NCBI GenBank assembly: GCA_020846695.1
Contig: JADLDM010000187.1
Location: 1,010-65,009, forward strand
Direction: 5' to 3'
DNA length: 64,000 nt
Source: a bacterium
GTDB lineage: Bacteria > Electryoneota > RPQS01
Position 1 is the first letter of the stretch; each line of letters opens with the position of its first letter. A model generated the notes under the pieces. It had not been told where the DNA came from. It ran no database searches and saw only the letters and a list, made by a program, of their open reading frames with translations. The position numbers and the translations under genes are program-made. This document shows, in pieces, positions 55,188-64,000 of the stretch.

Positions 55188-56393
55188 CTACAGAAACCAG
55201 CACGCACCACAAGCAATAAGCAACTCCTTCGCCATCTGTGCAACTCGTTTCGCCGCACCCGGCTCTCCAAGTCGCGCGCGCACGCGATCTAATTTCGCTC
55301 GCGCATTGCGAATGGCATCAGGAATGGTCAACAAGGGCAGTAGCGCACCCGCCAAAGCATCCGGCGTGGCAGCATCCTGCACAAACTCTGGAACAACTTC
55401 CTCACCCGCGAGTAAATTCGCCATCGCGATGTGCGGCACCTTCACGATGCGCTTACCTATCGCGTAGCTCAGGGGAGAAGTCTTGTAAAAAACAAGGAAC
55501 GGATTTCCGAAGAACGCGGCTTCAACTGTTGAAGAGCCCGACTTCACCAGTGATGCATTCGCGTGACACAACAGCTCGTGCGACACACCCCGCGCGCGAA
55601 TAATCCCGCTGTCCTTCAAATACGAATCAAAAAACTTCGGCGAGATCGTCGGCGCTTCGGCCAAAACCGGCTTCACATCCGGCGCCACTTTTCGCAAGAT
55701 CCGCACCGTCTCCACCACCAGGGGCAGATGCCGTCTTAGTTCCTGCTTTCGTGACCCCGGAAGGAGGCACAAAACACGGTCATCGGGTTCGAGACCCAAT
55801 CTTCTTAAGAACTCGCCTCGCGGAGGGATTTCTCCCACCTCGTCCAGAAGCGGATGCCCGACGAACTCGGCATGGCCGTTAAACTTTTGAAATACTTCAA
55901 CTTCAAAAGGAAAAATCACCGCGATCTTGTCGGCCAAATTAGCCAACTCTGGACCGCGCGACGCTTTCCACGCCCACACCTGAGGAACAATATAATACAA
56001 AATTTGCGGACGGTAAACATCTCGACGCAAATTCAAATATCTGAGGAGGCTGAAATGCATCCCCGGATAGTCAATTAGCAGGATCAAGTCCGGCCGCCGC
56101 GCCATTACCTCTCTGAGTACCGTCCGGCGCACATGGGTCAGATAGGGCAGATGCCGGATCACCTCGGCAAAGCCCATGATCGCCAGCTTCTTCGCATGAA
56201 AGAGCAGCTCCACACCCTCCGCCTGCATCCGATCCCCGCCCAAACCAAAAAACTCCGCCTCGGGCAGCAGCGTTTTCAGCTCCCGAACCACATGTGACCC
56301 GTGAAGATCGCCCGACGCCTCACCAGCGGAGATGAAGACTGTGGTTCTCCCCCTCGCTTCAGCGGGGGGGATCAAGGGGGGGTCTACTTTCAT
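55188..56393 (-). CDS. lpxB: Lipid-A-disaccharide synthase
   Basis: FISAGEASGDLHG..., GLGGDRM and IDYPGMHF are LpxB (GT19) hallmarks. The N-terminal leader MKVDPPLIPPAE is encoded by two C7 tracts. Confidence 0.85.
   Translation of the reverse strand: MKVDPPLIPPAEARGRTTVFISAGEASGDLHGSHVVRELKTLLPEAEFFGLGGDRMQAEGVELLFHAKKLAIMGFAEVIRHLPYLTHVRRTVLREVMARRPDLILLIDYPGMHFSLLRYLNLRRDVYRPQILYYIVPQVWAWKASRGPELANLADKIAVIFPFEVEVFQKFNGHAEFVGHPLLDEVGEIPPRGEFLRRLGLEPDDRVLCLLPGSRKQELRRHLPLVVETVRILRKVAPDVKPVLAEAPTISPKFFDSYLKDSGIIRARGVSHELLCHANASLVKSGSSTVEAAFFGNPFLVFYKTSPLSYAIGKRIVKVPHIAMANLLAGEEVVPEFVQDAATPDALAGALLPLLTIPDAIRNARAKLDRVRARLGEPGAAKRVAQMAKELLIACGACWFL
56362..56382. repeat. G7-ATCAA-G7 paired homopolymer tract in codons 4-10 of lpxB (encodes DPPLIPP)
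   Basis: Read directly. It shares the core CGGGGGGG(AT)CAAGGGGGGGTC with the tract at 31833-31849. Confidence 0.55.
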
Positions 56394-56440
56394 CCATCAA
56401 ATCTAACAATTTCAACCCACTACCGCAAGTGGTCGCCCGC

Positions 56441-59400
56441 CTAATGCGCCGCTTCAGCCGCAGCCTTTTCCGCCGCCGCCAACTCCTTCTCCACCAGTTC
56501 GCCCTTGTGCACCGGCGTGTACTTCGCCAGAAGTGAATAGACCACCGGCACCAGAACCAACGTTAAGAACGTCGAGAACAACATGCCTCCCACGACCGCA
56601 ATTCCGAGGGGCCGTCTTGCCTCCGCTCCCGCGCCCAATCCAATCGCAATAGGAAGAATTCCAAACACCGTCGAAAAAGAAGTCATCAGAATCGGTCTCA
56701 AGCGAATCACGGAAGCTTCGATCACTGATTGTGCAATCTCCCTTCCCCGCGCGCGAAGCTGGTTCGAGAATTCCACAATCAAAATCGCATTCTTCGTCAC
56801 CAGCCCTATCAACATAATCAATCCGATTTGCGAGTAAATGTTCAAAGACTGCCCCAACACAAAAAGCGAAACCAGCGCGCCGAACACCGCCAAGGGAACC
56901 GAAAGCAGAATCGTGAACGGGTGCATGAAGCTCTCAAACTGCGCGGCCAGCACCAGAAAAATGAACACCAACGCGAGAATGAAAAAGTAGTTCAAGCCTG
57001 AACTCGATTCCACAAACTCCCGCGACTGTCCGGCATACTCCGTCTTGATTCCCTTCGGCAGACTCGTCTTGACGATGTTATCCAAATCACCGAGCGCCTG
57101 TCCCAGTGAAACAATCGGAATCAGATTCGCCGTCAGGGTCGCCGAGCGTCTGCGATTGAAGTGATTGAGTTCCTTCGGCCCCGAAGTCTCTTTGATCGTC
57201 ACCACATTCGCAAGCTGCACCAAACCTGACTTGCCGCGCACGTACGCGCCGCGAATAATGTCCGGTGTGTCGCGATCTTCCGAGCGCACCTGAATAATCA
57301 CGTCGTATTGCTTTGTCCCGCGCTTGAAATCACTCACGATTCTTCCGCCCAACAGCGCCTGAAGAGTCGAACCAATATCACTCACGGAAATCCCCATCTC
57401 CGATGCGCGATCGCGATCAATTTCAATACTGAGTTCCGGCTTGTCGAGCTTCAAGTCCGTGTTCACATTGTAAAGATACCCGAGCTTGTTCGCGGCCATG
57501 ACCATCAGACCCATCGCCTGACTAAGCTGCTCATAGCTCTCCGCTTCCAGAACAAACTCCACCGGACTTGAAGAGAATTGTCCCAAGCTCGGCGGATTGA
57601 TCACAAACGCAAGCACTCCCGGAATCGAAAACAGCTGCGGAAACAACTCCTCGATAATCTTCTGCTGAGATTTCTCGCGCTCGTCCGGCGAACCAAGATT
57701 CAGGAATAGAAATCCGTCTGTCACGCGACCCGGTCCCTGAAATCCCAAACCCGTCGCGCTGAACAACCCCTTGCGCTCCGGCAGCGGAAGCAGCATACTC
57801 TCAATCGTGCGCATGTTGCGATCCGTATATGCAAGCGTCGAACCCTCCGGCGCGAGCACAATCCCGAATCCGATACCGCGATCTTCCGTCGGCACCAACT
57901 CGCGAGGCATGAACTTGAAAATCCCCGCGCTGATCACAATCAAGACCACCGACGTGATAATCGTCGCCAATCTGTGCCGAAGTGCGAATCTTAGAATCCG
58001 TTCGTAAGTTCGATTCAGCCAATCAAAGAAGGCATCGAAACTTCTTGAAGCCCAGCCGCCTCCCGTGTGGTGTAGCGGCTTCAAGATGCGCGAACTGAAC
58101 ATCGGCGTCAAGGTCAACGCCACAAATCCCGAAATCGCCACTGCAATCGCAACTGTAAATCCAAATTCGCGGAAGAGTCTTCCCACCGAACCCGTCAAGA
58201 ATGCAACCGGCACAAACACCGCCACCAGCGTAATCGTCGTCGCAATCACCGCAAAAGCAATTTCGCGTGAACCGTCCAGCGCCGCGCGAATTTTGCTCTT
58301 GCCCATCTCCATGTGGCGGAAAATATTTTCCAAAACCACAATCGCATCGTCCACCACCAATCCTATCGCCAGCACAAGCGCTAAGAGCGTCAGAATGTTG
58401 ATCGTGAAACCCGCAAAATAAATCACCGTAAACGTGCCGATAATCGAAACCGGAATCGCCAAAGTCGGAATTATCGTCGCGCGAATACTCTTCATAAATG
58501 CGAGCACCACCAGAATCACCAAACACATCGCAATCAGCAGCGTGTCCGCGACTTCGCTGATCGAATCGCTGATAAACTCCGAGGAGTCATAGGCAATCGC
58601 AAGTTTCATCCCCTCTGGAAGCGTCGCTTGCAAGTCTTCCAGAACATCGCGAACGGCCTTCGCTACATCAAGTGTTGAAGCCTTCGATTGCTTCACAATC
58701 CCGAGCCCGACCGCGGTCTTTCCATTGTAGCGCGCAATCGAGCGCTCGTCTTCCGCGCCAATTTCCACAGTCGCCACGTCCGAAAGCCTGATCACTCCGG
58801 ATTGATTCTGCGCCACAATAATAGAACCAAACTGCTCCGGTGTATTGATCTGCCCACGCGTGCGAACGGAAAATTCTCTTTCGCTCCCCTCAACCCGCCC
58901 GCTCGGAATCTCCGCATTCTCCCGCGCAATCGCTAATTCCACATCGGAAGGAGTCAGCCCACGCGCGGCAAGCCTTTGCGGATCCAGCCACACGCGCATC
59001 GCATAGCGCCGCTCACCGCCGATAAACACCTGCCCCACACCCGGCAAACGCTGCAAGCGCTCCTTCAAAATTAGATCGGCTGCTTCGGTTAACTCCAACC
59101 CGTCGTGCTTCTCGCTGGAAAGTCCGATCCAGACAATCGGCTGCGCGTTCGCGTCAACCTTCTCAACAATCGGATCCTCAATCCCACGCGGCAGAAATCC
59201 CCGACTTCTGGCCACTCGATCGCGCACGTCGTTCGCGGCCTCTTCAACCGGACGGCTCAACTCAAATTCGATGTTGATCACCGAACCCTCTTCGCGACTC
59301 GAAGAGGTCATCGTCTTCACTCCCGAAAGCGTCGCAAATTGCTCTTCGAGAATATCGGTGATCTCCGTCTCCACCACACTCGCGCTCGCGCCGCGATAAA

Positions 59401-59548
59401 GCGTCACCACCGAAACAATCGGCGGATCAATATCGGGATATTCGCGCACCGGCAATCGCTGAAATGAAATCACGCCAAACAGCACGATGGCGAGACTCAT
59501 CACCGTTGCGAAGACCGGACGCTTTATCGAAAGATCAGATAACTTCAT
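56441..59548 (-). CDS. RND efflux transporter permease (AcrB/CzcA superfamily)
   Basis: 1035 aa with 12 TM helices and two large periplasmic loops. Typical N-terminus MKLSDLSIKRPVFATVMSLAIVLFG. Confidence 0.9.
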   Translation of the reverse strand: MKLSDLSIKRPVFATVMSLAIVLFGVISFQRLPVREYPDIDPPIVSVVTLYRGASASVVETEITDILEEQFATLSGVKTMTSSSREEGSVINIEFELSRPVEEAANDVRDRVARSRGFLPRGIEDPIVEKVDANAQPIVWIGLSSEKHDGLELTEAADLILKERLQRLPGVGQVFIGGERRYAMRVWLDPQRLAARGLTPSDVELAIARENAEIPSGRVEGSEREFSVRTRGQINTPEQFGSIIVAQNQSGVIRLSDVATVEIGAEDERSIARYNGKTAVGLGIVKQSKASTLDVAKAVRDVLEDLQATLPEGMKLAIAYDSSEFISDSISEVADTLLIAMCLVILVVLAFMKSIRATIIPTLAIPVSIIGTFTVIYFAGFTINILTLLALVLAIGLVVDDAIVVLENIFRHMEMGKSKIRAALDGSREIAFAVIATTITLVAVFVPVAFLTGSVGRLFREFGFTVAIAVAISGFVALTLTPMFSSRILKPLHHTGGGWASRSFDAFFDWLNRTYERILRFALRHRLATIITSVVLIVISAGIFKFMPRELVPTEDRGIGFGIVLAPEGSTLAYTDRNMRTIESMLLPLPERKGLFSATGLGFQGPGRVTDGFLFLNLGSPDEREKSQQKIIEELFPQLFSIPGVLAFVINPPSLGQFSSSPVEFVLEAESYEQLSQAMGLMVMAANKLGYLYNVNTDLKLDKPELSIEIDRDRASEMGISVSDIGSTLQALLGGRIVSDFKRGTKQYDVIIQVRSEDRDTPDIIRGAYVRGKSGLVQLANVVTIKETSGPKELNHFNRRRSATLTANLIPIVSLGQALGDLDNIVKTSLPKGIKTEYAGQSREFVESSSGLNYFFILALVFIFLVLAAQFESFMHPFTILLSVPLAVFGALVSLFVLGQSLNIYSQIGLIMLIGLVTKNAILIVEFSNQLRARGREIAQSVIEASVIRLRPILMTSFSTVFGILPIAIGLGAGAEARRPLGIAVVGGMLFSTFLTLVLVPVVYSLLAKYTPVHKGELVEKELAAAEKAAAEAAH

Positions 59549-60642
59549 TGCGCCGCTCCGGCTTGTGCCTGCGCTTGCATCGCCTGTTCAATCGCCTTGA
59601 CGGAATCGGCGCTCGAAACCGGAATCACTTTCGCACCGTCAAAAATCTTCTGTTGACCCGCGCGCACAACCAATTGACTCGGATCAACACCGCTGATAAT
59701 CTCCACGCTTCCGCGCGTTCTGCTGCCCAATCTAACCGGCGTGCGTGCAATCGTCGAGTCCGCTTTCACCACAAAGACATAGGGCTGATTCTGTTCAAGA
59801 AACACCGCTTCGCTCGCGATCGTCAAGGCTGCGTCGCGCACCCTTAACGTCACCGCAACATTCGCCGACATGCCGGGACGCAAGAGTCCGCTCGTGTTAT
59901 CCAAGCGCGCCACAATCCCGATGTTCCGCGTCATTGCATCCACCTGCGGCTCCACAACCATCACTTCACCTACAAATTCACTGTCGGGATAGGCCGTGAT
60001 CAGCACCATGACCGGCGCGCCTTCGCGCAAATCGCCCACGTATCGCTCCGGCACCGAAAAGCTCACGCGCAACAGATCCGTTCGCGCGAATTCTGTTATC
60101 GGAGTGCCCGGCTGAACGTAAGCTCCCGGACTCACCTTGCGCGCTCCGGCAACTCCCGAAAATGGCGCGCGAATTTGCGTCTTATCATGCTGTGCTTTTG
60201 CAAAAGCAACATTCGCCTCCGCAACCTTCAGTGCGGCATTCGCTTCATCAAGTTCCTGCTGTGCGCTCGCGCCGCGCTCCACAATCGTCTTCACACGGTT
60301 GTACGTCAGGCGCGCCTGATCGCGCACCGCTGTCGCCCGATCCAATGCCGCGCGAAATTCGCCGTCGTCAAGCTGAGCAATTAGATCGCCGCGACCAAGC
60401 CGCCCGCCTTCATCAAAAGGAATCCGCTCGACGATGCCGCCCATCTCCGCAACAACCGTCACGGCCTCATCCGCTTCCACCGTTCCAATCGTCTGAAAGC
60501 GATCCGACACCTGCTGCATTGTCGCCTGAGTCACTTCCACCGGAGTCGGAGGCATACTCCAACCGCCGCCCCATCCACCACCGAAACACCCGGCCAGCAC
60601 AAGCGCGGCCAGCATCAGAATTACTGCGTGAACTGTCTTCAT
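59545..60642 (-). CDS. RND efflux periplasmic adaptor (membrane fusion protein, HlyD/AcrA family)
   Basis: Lipoprotein-like N-terminus with a coiled-coil/lipoyl/beta-barrel pattern. Its stop overlaps the RND permease start. Confidence 0.85.
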   Translation of the reverse strand: MKTVHAVILMLAALVLAGCFGGGWGGGWSMPPTPVEVTQATMQQVSDRFQTIGTVEADEAVTVVAEMGGIVERIPFDEGGRLGRGDLIAQLDDGEFRAALDRATAVRDQARLTYNRVKTIVERGASAQQELDEANAALKVAEANVAFAKAQHDKTQIRAPFSGVAGARKVSPGAYVQPGTPITEFARTDLLRVSFSVPERYVGDLREGAPVMVLITAYPDSEFVGEVMVVEPQVDAMTRNIGIVARLDNTSGLLRPGMSANVAVTLRVRDAALTIASEAVFLEQNQPYVFVVKADSTIARTPVRLGSRTRGSVEIISGVDPSQLVVRAGQQKIFDGAKVIPVSSADSVKAIEQAMQAQAQAGAAQ

Positions 60643-60831
60643 GTATTTCTTCTCTGGATAGTTTCTCGTCTGAACTAATTATACGAACATCCGTTCAAAT
60701 CCGCAAGGCTGTCAGATGTTGTGTAGTAGCCGATTCTCTACTACGCTCCCCCTTATCCCCAAGCGACACATCCTAAAACAGAAGCCCCACGGATTGCTCC
60801 GAGGGGCTTCACTGCTGTCAGCTATCGTTTC

Positions 60832-63831
60832 TTACTCCTCTTCAGGCGGATCCTGCATCACAACAACATAGAAGTATTTCTCCGATCCGCTGCTCAAAAC
60901 ATCCTGATCCACAAACATCGGCTCCAAAGTCGTCCCAATTCTGTAGTCCGGATCCAAATCAATATCCGGTTCAGTCAGACGATAGATTTCATAGACCGGC
61001 TCCGTCTCATTCGGAGTCCAATGCAGTTCGATGTGAGGATTCGCATGCCAAATTACAACATCATCAATGAGGCACAAGCCGCAAGTCAGGCGCGACGTGT
61101 ATTCCTTGCACGGAACTCCATTGTAAACCGTCGGAGCAACGTAGAGATAGTAAACGCCCGGCCCCAGACAATTCACGAAACAATTCTTCATCTGGCAGGC
61201 AAGACCGGTCTTGTAGCATACCGTCTGCAAGTTGCAGCCGCCAAGCTCCTTGTAGATCGCCATCTCAAACGGGAATTCCGCGCGAACTCTCCAAATCACC
61301 CTGCGCCAAGTCGTGAGGCTGAACCGATACCAATCCGTGTCGCGCATGCCGCCCATTGCAAAGGACTGCCCGCAAAGTGAACTGCCGCATGTCACCGGAG
61401 TGAAAGACGGAGGAGTCGTAAAACAGCCGCCGTTGTAGAAGTCACCGGCAAGATTCGGACAGGCTTCGCCTTCCGCAGGCCAACTTGGAGGACATTGCAG
61501 CGCACACGGACACTCGCATGTGCGACAGAAGATCGAAAGCACGTAGGGACCAGCCAAACCCGTCGTTGTGCTCACTTGCAAGAGATAAGCCCCCGGCTGC
61601 AAACAACCGGAAACCAATCTGCTGTCCGTACCCACACCGCCGTCATAGTCAAATTCAAGCAGCGTGGAACAGTCGCTTGCATAGAGCGTCAGCGTCGGAT
61701 CGCATCCGCCGCCCGTCGAATAGAATCCAGGTGTATCATTGCCGAAACAATCCACCGCAATACTCTTGCAGCCCGGACCCGGAACATTCACAATGTACCA
61801 ATCCGCATCAAACGGCGACGGAGGAGGACTCTGAACCAACTCACCGCACAACGTATCGCCGCACGTCACCGTCACATTCGCCTGTGCGCAAACATCATTC
61901 ACCGGATCAAAATCCAGATTCGGATACGGACAACTGTCGCCGCACGCGCAGTACTGGCAGCTTGCGAACATCACATACGGCCCGAACGTATTCGCGACTC
62001 CCGTCACACGAGCATAGTAAATACCCGGATCCAAACAGGCGGTCAACATCTGTGCGTCGTTGCCCACTCCCGAATTGTCATCAAAGGCAATCTGATTCGT
62101 ACAGCTCGCATCGTACAATTCCACATAGGAATCGAGCCCCTGCAAGTAACCGAAATAGCCCGGCGTGTCATGCGCGTAAATATCGAGCGTCAACTGCTCA
62201 CACTGCGGCCCAAACACGAAGAACATATACCAGTCTTCATCAGGCGTCGCTCCCGGTGAAATCTCACCGCAAAGCGTGTCGCCGCAAACAAACTCCACAT
62301 TCACCGTTTGGCAATTGTTGTTCGCCGGCTCGAAATCCCGATTCTGATAAGGACACGGTGGAGGACAAGGACACGGCCCGCAACTCAGCGCGAGAATATA
62401 CGGCCCGAGAGTCTGAGCTGCGCCGCCAACGTGAAGATGATAAGTTCCCGGAGTCAAACACCCATACTGCAATAAGGCGTCATTGCCAAATCCGCTGTTG
62501 TTGTCCGCAGCAAGCTGCGTCGTGCAGTTCGCAGACACTAACTCGATCGCCGGATCCAAGCCACCGCCCGCCGGGAACCAGCCCGGAGTATCATTGCCGA
62601 ATACATTCGCCGTTAATCTCATGCACGGGCTGCCGAATGGAATCGTGAACACGTACCAATCGTCATCCGGCGTGCCGTCCGGAGACAGAACAATCTCGCC
62701 GCAAATCGTGTCACCGCACGTCAGCGTCACATTTGTGAACGCGCACGCGTCATTCGCCGGATCAAAATCCAGATCAGGATACGTGCACGGCTGGCCCGTC
62801 GGACAAGGCGCGCAATAAACCGACGCAACATATGGATAGCAAATCGCACCCGTCGGGACCATCGGACGAACATAGAGCCAATAGGTTCCCGGCGGCAAAC
62901 AGGTAACCAAACAAAGCGGAACACACTCCGGAGCATTGCCTTGCGCCCACGGAATCAAATTCACGCAATTCGGATCCGGTGAATAAATCGCCGCAAATAC
63001 GGGGAAGTCCGCCTCTACACACCACACAACCGTATCGCGACTGGTAATCGTCAACTCATAGAAATCGTGATCCGGCAAATCATGATAGAACGAAAAACCA
63101 CATATCGTGTCCCCGCAGGCAACGGGTGTCGCCGACGGAGGAGATGAATAGCAGCCGCCATTATAGTAATCCGTCTGATACATCGGACACGGCTCGCCCT
63201 CAGGTCTTGCGCCCGGAGGACACTCCGGACACGGATCGCATGGATAACACCTCACGCTCGCCGTGTAAGGATCACAATACACATTCGCATAACCCGCACG
63301 AACTGTAAGCCAGTATGTCCCAGCCTGCAAACATACTGAGGCACGCAAGGTGTCGCACTTGACGCCCGCGTCGCCCGCAAGCAAGATCGTACCCACACAG
63401 CCCCCCATCGGCTGCAATATCTCAATGGATGCGGCAATATTCGAGTAAACCAGCCACTCCACGCTGTCCGCCTGAGTCAGGACCAATTCGTAAACATCGT
63501 AGTCGTAGTTCGTCGCCTGCTGCCAAAGCGTCCCGCATACATCGTCCCCGCAATGAATCGGTGTCGTAAACACGCCAACGGGCGTGCAGCCGCCGTTAAA
63601 CAAATCCGGATAATTCGGACACGGCTCGCCCTCCTGCAGAGCAGCAGGATCACACTGAGGACACGGAATACACGGCACGCAATCCAAGGAAACCGTATAA
63701 TCATTATTGATGCAAGTCAAACTCCCCGGAGCGCCCGACGGCGTGATGATGTAGTAATAGGTTCCCGGTTCCAAACAAGCTCCCACACAAAGCGTATCGC
63801 AAGCCTGGCCAACGGCCGAGCTAAATGCCAT
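60832..63831 (-). CDS. Giant Cys-rich modular repeat protein (≥6 ~150-aa units with CxxC-rich linkers and PPC-like DxDWY modules) with a C-terminal Fn3-like module; the N-terminus lacks a signal peptide and is probably interrupted
   Basis: Repeated CxPCxxCPxCxP...EGEPCP...NGGC...CGDT(I/L)CG...DDDWY(V/M)F units. The C-terminus ...LHWTPNETEPVYEIYRLTEPD... is shared with the GH57-like proteins. A TGA lies 2 codons upstream of the ATG. Confidence 0.6.
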   Translation of the reverse strand: MAFSSAVGQACDTLCVGACLEPGTYYYIITPSGAPGSLTCINNDYTVSLDCVPCIPCPQCDPAALQEGEPCPNYPDLFNGGCTPVGVFTTPIHCGDDVCGTLWQQATNYDYDVYELVLTQADSVEWLVYSNIAASIEILQPMGGCVGTILLAGDAGVKCDTLRASVCLQAGTYWLTVRAGYANVYCDPYTASVRCYPCDPCPECPPGARPEGEPCPMYQTDYYNGGCYSSPPSATPVACGDTICGFSFYHDLPDHDFYELTITSRDTVVWCVEADFPVFAAIYSPDPNCVNLIPWAQGNAPECVPLCLVTCLPPGTYWLYVRPMVPTGAICYPYVASVYCAPCPTGQPCTYPDLDFDPANDACAFTNVTLTCGDTICGEIVLSPDGTPDDDWYVFTIPFGSPCMRLTANVFGNDTPGWFPAGGGLDPAIELVSANCTTQLAADNNSGFGNDALLQYGCLTPGTYHLHVGGAAQTLGPYILALSCGPCPCPPPCPYQNRDFEPANNNCQTVNVEFVCGDTLCGEISPGATPDEDWYMFFVFGPQCEQLTLDIYAHDTPGYFGYLQGLDSYVELYDASCTNQIAFDDNSGVGNDAQMLTACLDPGIYYARVTGVANTFGPYVMFASCQYCACGDSCPYPNLDFDPVNDVCAQANVTVTCGDTLCGELVQSPPPSPFDADWYIVNVPGPGCKSIAVDCFGNDTPGFYSTGGGCDPTLTLYASDCSTLLEFDYDGGVGTDSRLVSGCLQPGAYLLQVSTTTGLAGPYVLSIFCRTCECPCALQCPPSWPAEGEACPNLAGDFYNGGCFTTPPSFTPVTCGSSLCGQSFAMGGMRDTDWYRFSLTTWRRVIWRVRAEFPFEMAIYKELGGCNLQTVCYKTGLACQMKNCFVNCLGPGVYYLYVAPTVYNGVPCKEYTSRLTCGLCLIDDVVIWHANPHIELHWTPNETEPVYEIYRLTEPDIDLDPDYRIGTTLEPMFVDQDVLSSGSEKYFYVVVMQDPPEEE

Positions 63832-63834
63832 GCT

Positions 63835-64000
63835 TCAACCACCTGTGTATTGGTACCCCGTTACCGTAAAACCAAATTCCGCATAGAAACAAAGCCGGAT
63901 ACTGTCACGCTGCGTCAGCGTAAAATACCACGCATCATGATCCAAAAACGAAGTCGAATTCTCAGACGTCGCGCACCACCGCTCGCCACAGTGAATCGAG
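63835..64000 (-). pseudogene. 3' end of an upstream ORF of the same Cys-rich repeat family, ending 3 nt before the MAFSS... start (either a split gene, a pseudogene, or a tandem paralogue running off the window)
   Basis: The minus-strand frame reads ...CGERWCATSENSTSFLDHDAWYFTLTQRDSIRLCFYAEFGFTVTGYQYTGG*. This resembles the DxDWYxF...FG... repeat unit of the downstream 999-aa ORF. Confidence 0.4.

Noticed and set aside
61485-62648. 387-aa and 254-aa plus-strand ORFs
   Set aside because: They are antisense to the Cys-rich repeat gene. Their Arg/His/Thr-rich composition and absence of motifs mark them as spurious.
1-64000. CRISPR arrays, rRNA, tRNA and IS elements
   Set aside because: No regularly spaced direct repeats, no rRNA-like conserved stretches, no cloverleaf-like segments in intergenic regions, and no transposase-like ORFs were seen. 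Intergenic spaces are short and explained by promoters and terminators.

Overview
This is a GC-rich (~58-60%) bacterial chromosomal window with three functional blocks. Two proteins carry T9SS-type C-terminal sorting domains, which suggests an FCB-group or candidate-phylum lineage, but this is a low-confidence guess. No rRNA, tRNA, CRISPR array or IS element was recognised.

Block 1 (1-20.9 kb) is an alpha-glucan (starch/glycogen) utilisation locus. It contains two GH13 amylases (one with a T9SS CTD), a GDE-type amylo-1,6-glucosidase and a canonical GH57 enzyme with a CBM20/48-like tail. It also has a MalK/MalE/MalF/MalG-type ABC importer, two very large secreted GH57-like proteins, and a 927-aa surface protein built from an internal tandem duplication of starch-binding-like modules.

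Block 2 (21.4-38.6 kb) is the most striking region: a densely packed multihaem cytochrome island with about 96 CxxCH motifs across 8 genes. It holds a tetrahaem cytochrome, a Tat-signal Fe-S NrfC-like protein, a NrfD-like membrane protein and a 13-haem cytochrome. These are followed by two tandem paralogous 17-haem cytochrome c domains fused to a C-terminal multi-TM dihaem cytochrome b-like anchor (Geobacter CbcL-like architecture). A convergent operon then encodes two multihaem cytochromes, a porin-like beta-barrel, a PKD-domain lipoprotein cytochrome, a small HTH protein and a NapC/NirT/ImcH-like membrane-anchored 17-haem cytochrome. Taken together this looks like a complete quinol-to-outer-surface extracellular electron transfer conduit.

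Block 3 (39-64 kb) is mixed. It encodes a fused ADP-forming acetyl-CoA synthetase, a secreted CapA-family/PKD protein, a T9SS beta-helix protein and a response regulator. It also encodes a methyltransferase, a PHP-GT4 fusion, APC and NSS transporters, lpxB, an RND efflux pair, and a giant Cys-rich repeat protein (PPC-like DxDWY modules) whose N-terminus is interrupted.

Notable oddities:
- An in-frame TAG separates a perfect signal peptide from a 1099-aa GH57-like ORF.
- A 'CAAGGGGGGG' homopolymer motif recurs in the 5' coding leaders of two cytochrome genes and lpxB.
- A G11 tract sits in the spacer of a sigma70-like promoter.
- Four large secreted proteins share a ~60-aa C-terminal module that is distinct from the T9SS CTD.
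- There are several perfect palindromes in promoter regions and a candidate small ORF lying between two terminators.

Coordinates follow the supplied ORF track. Start-codon choices are my inference.
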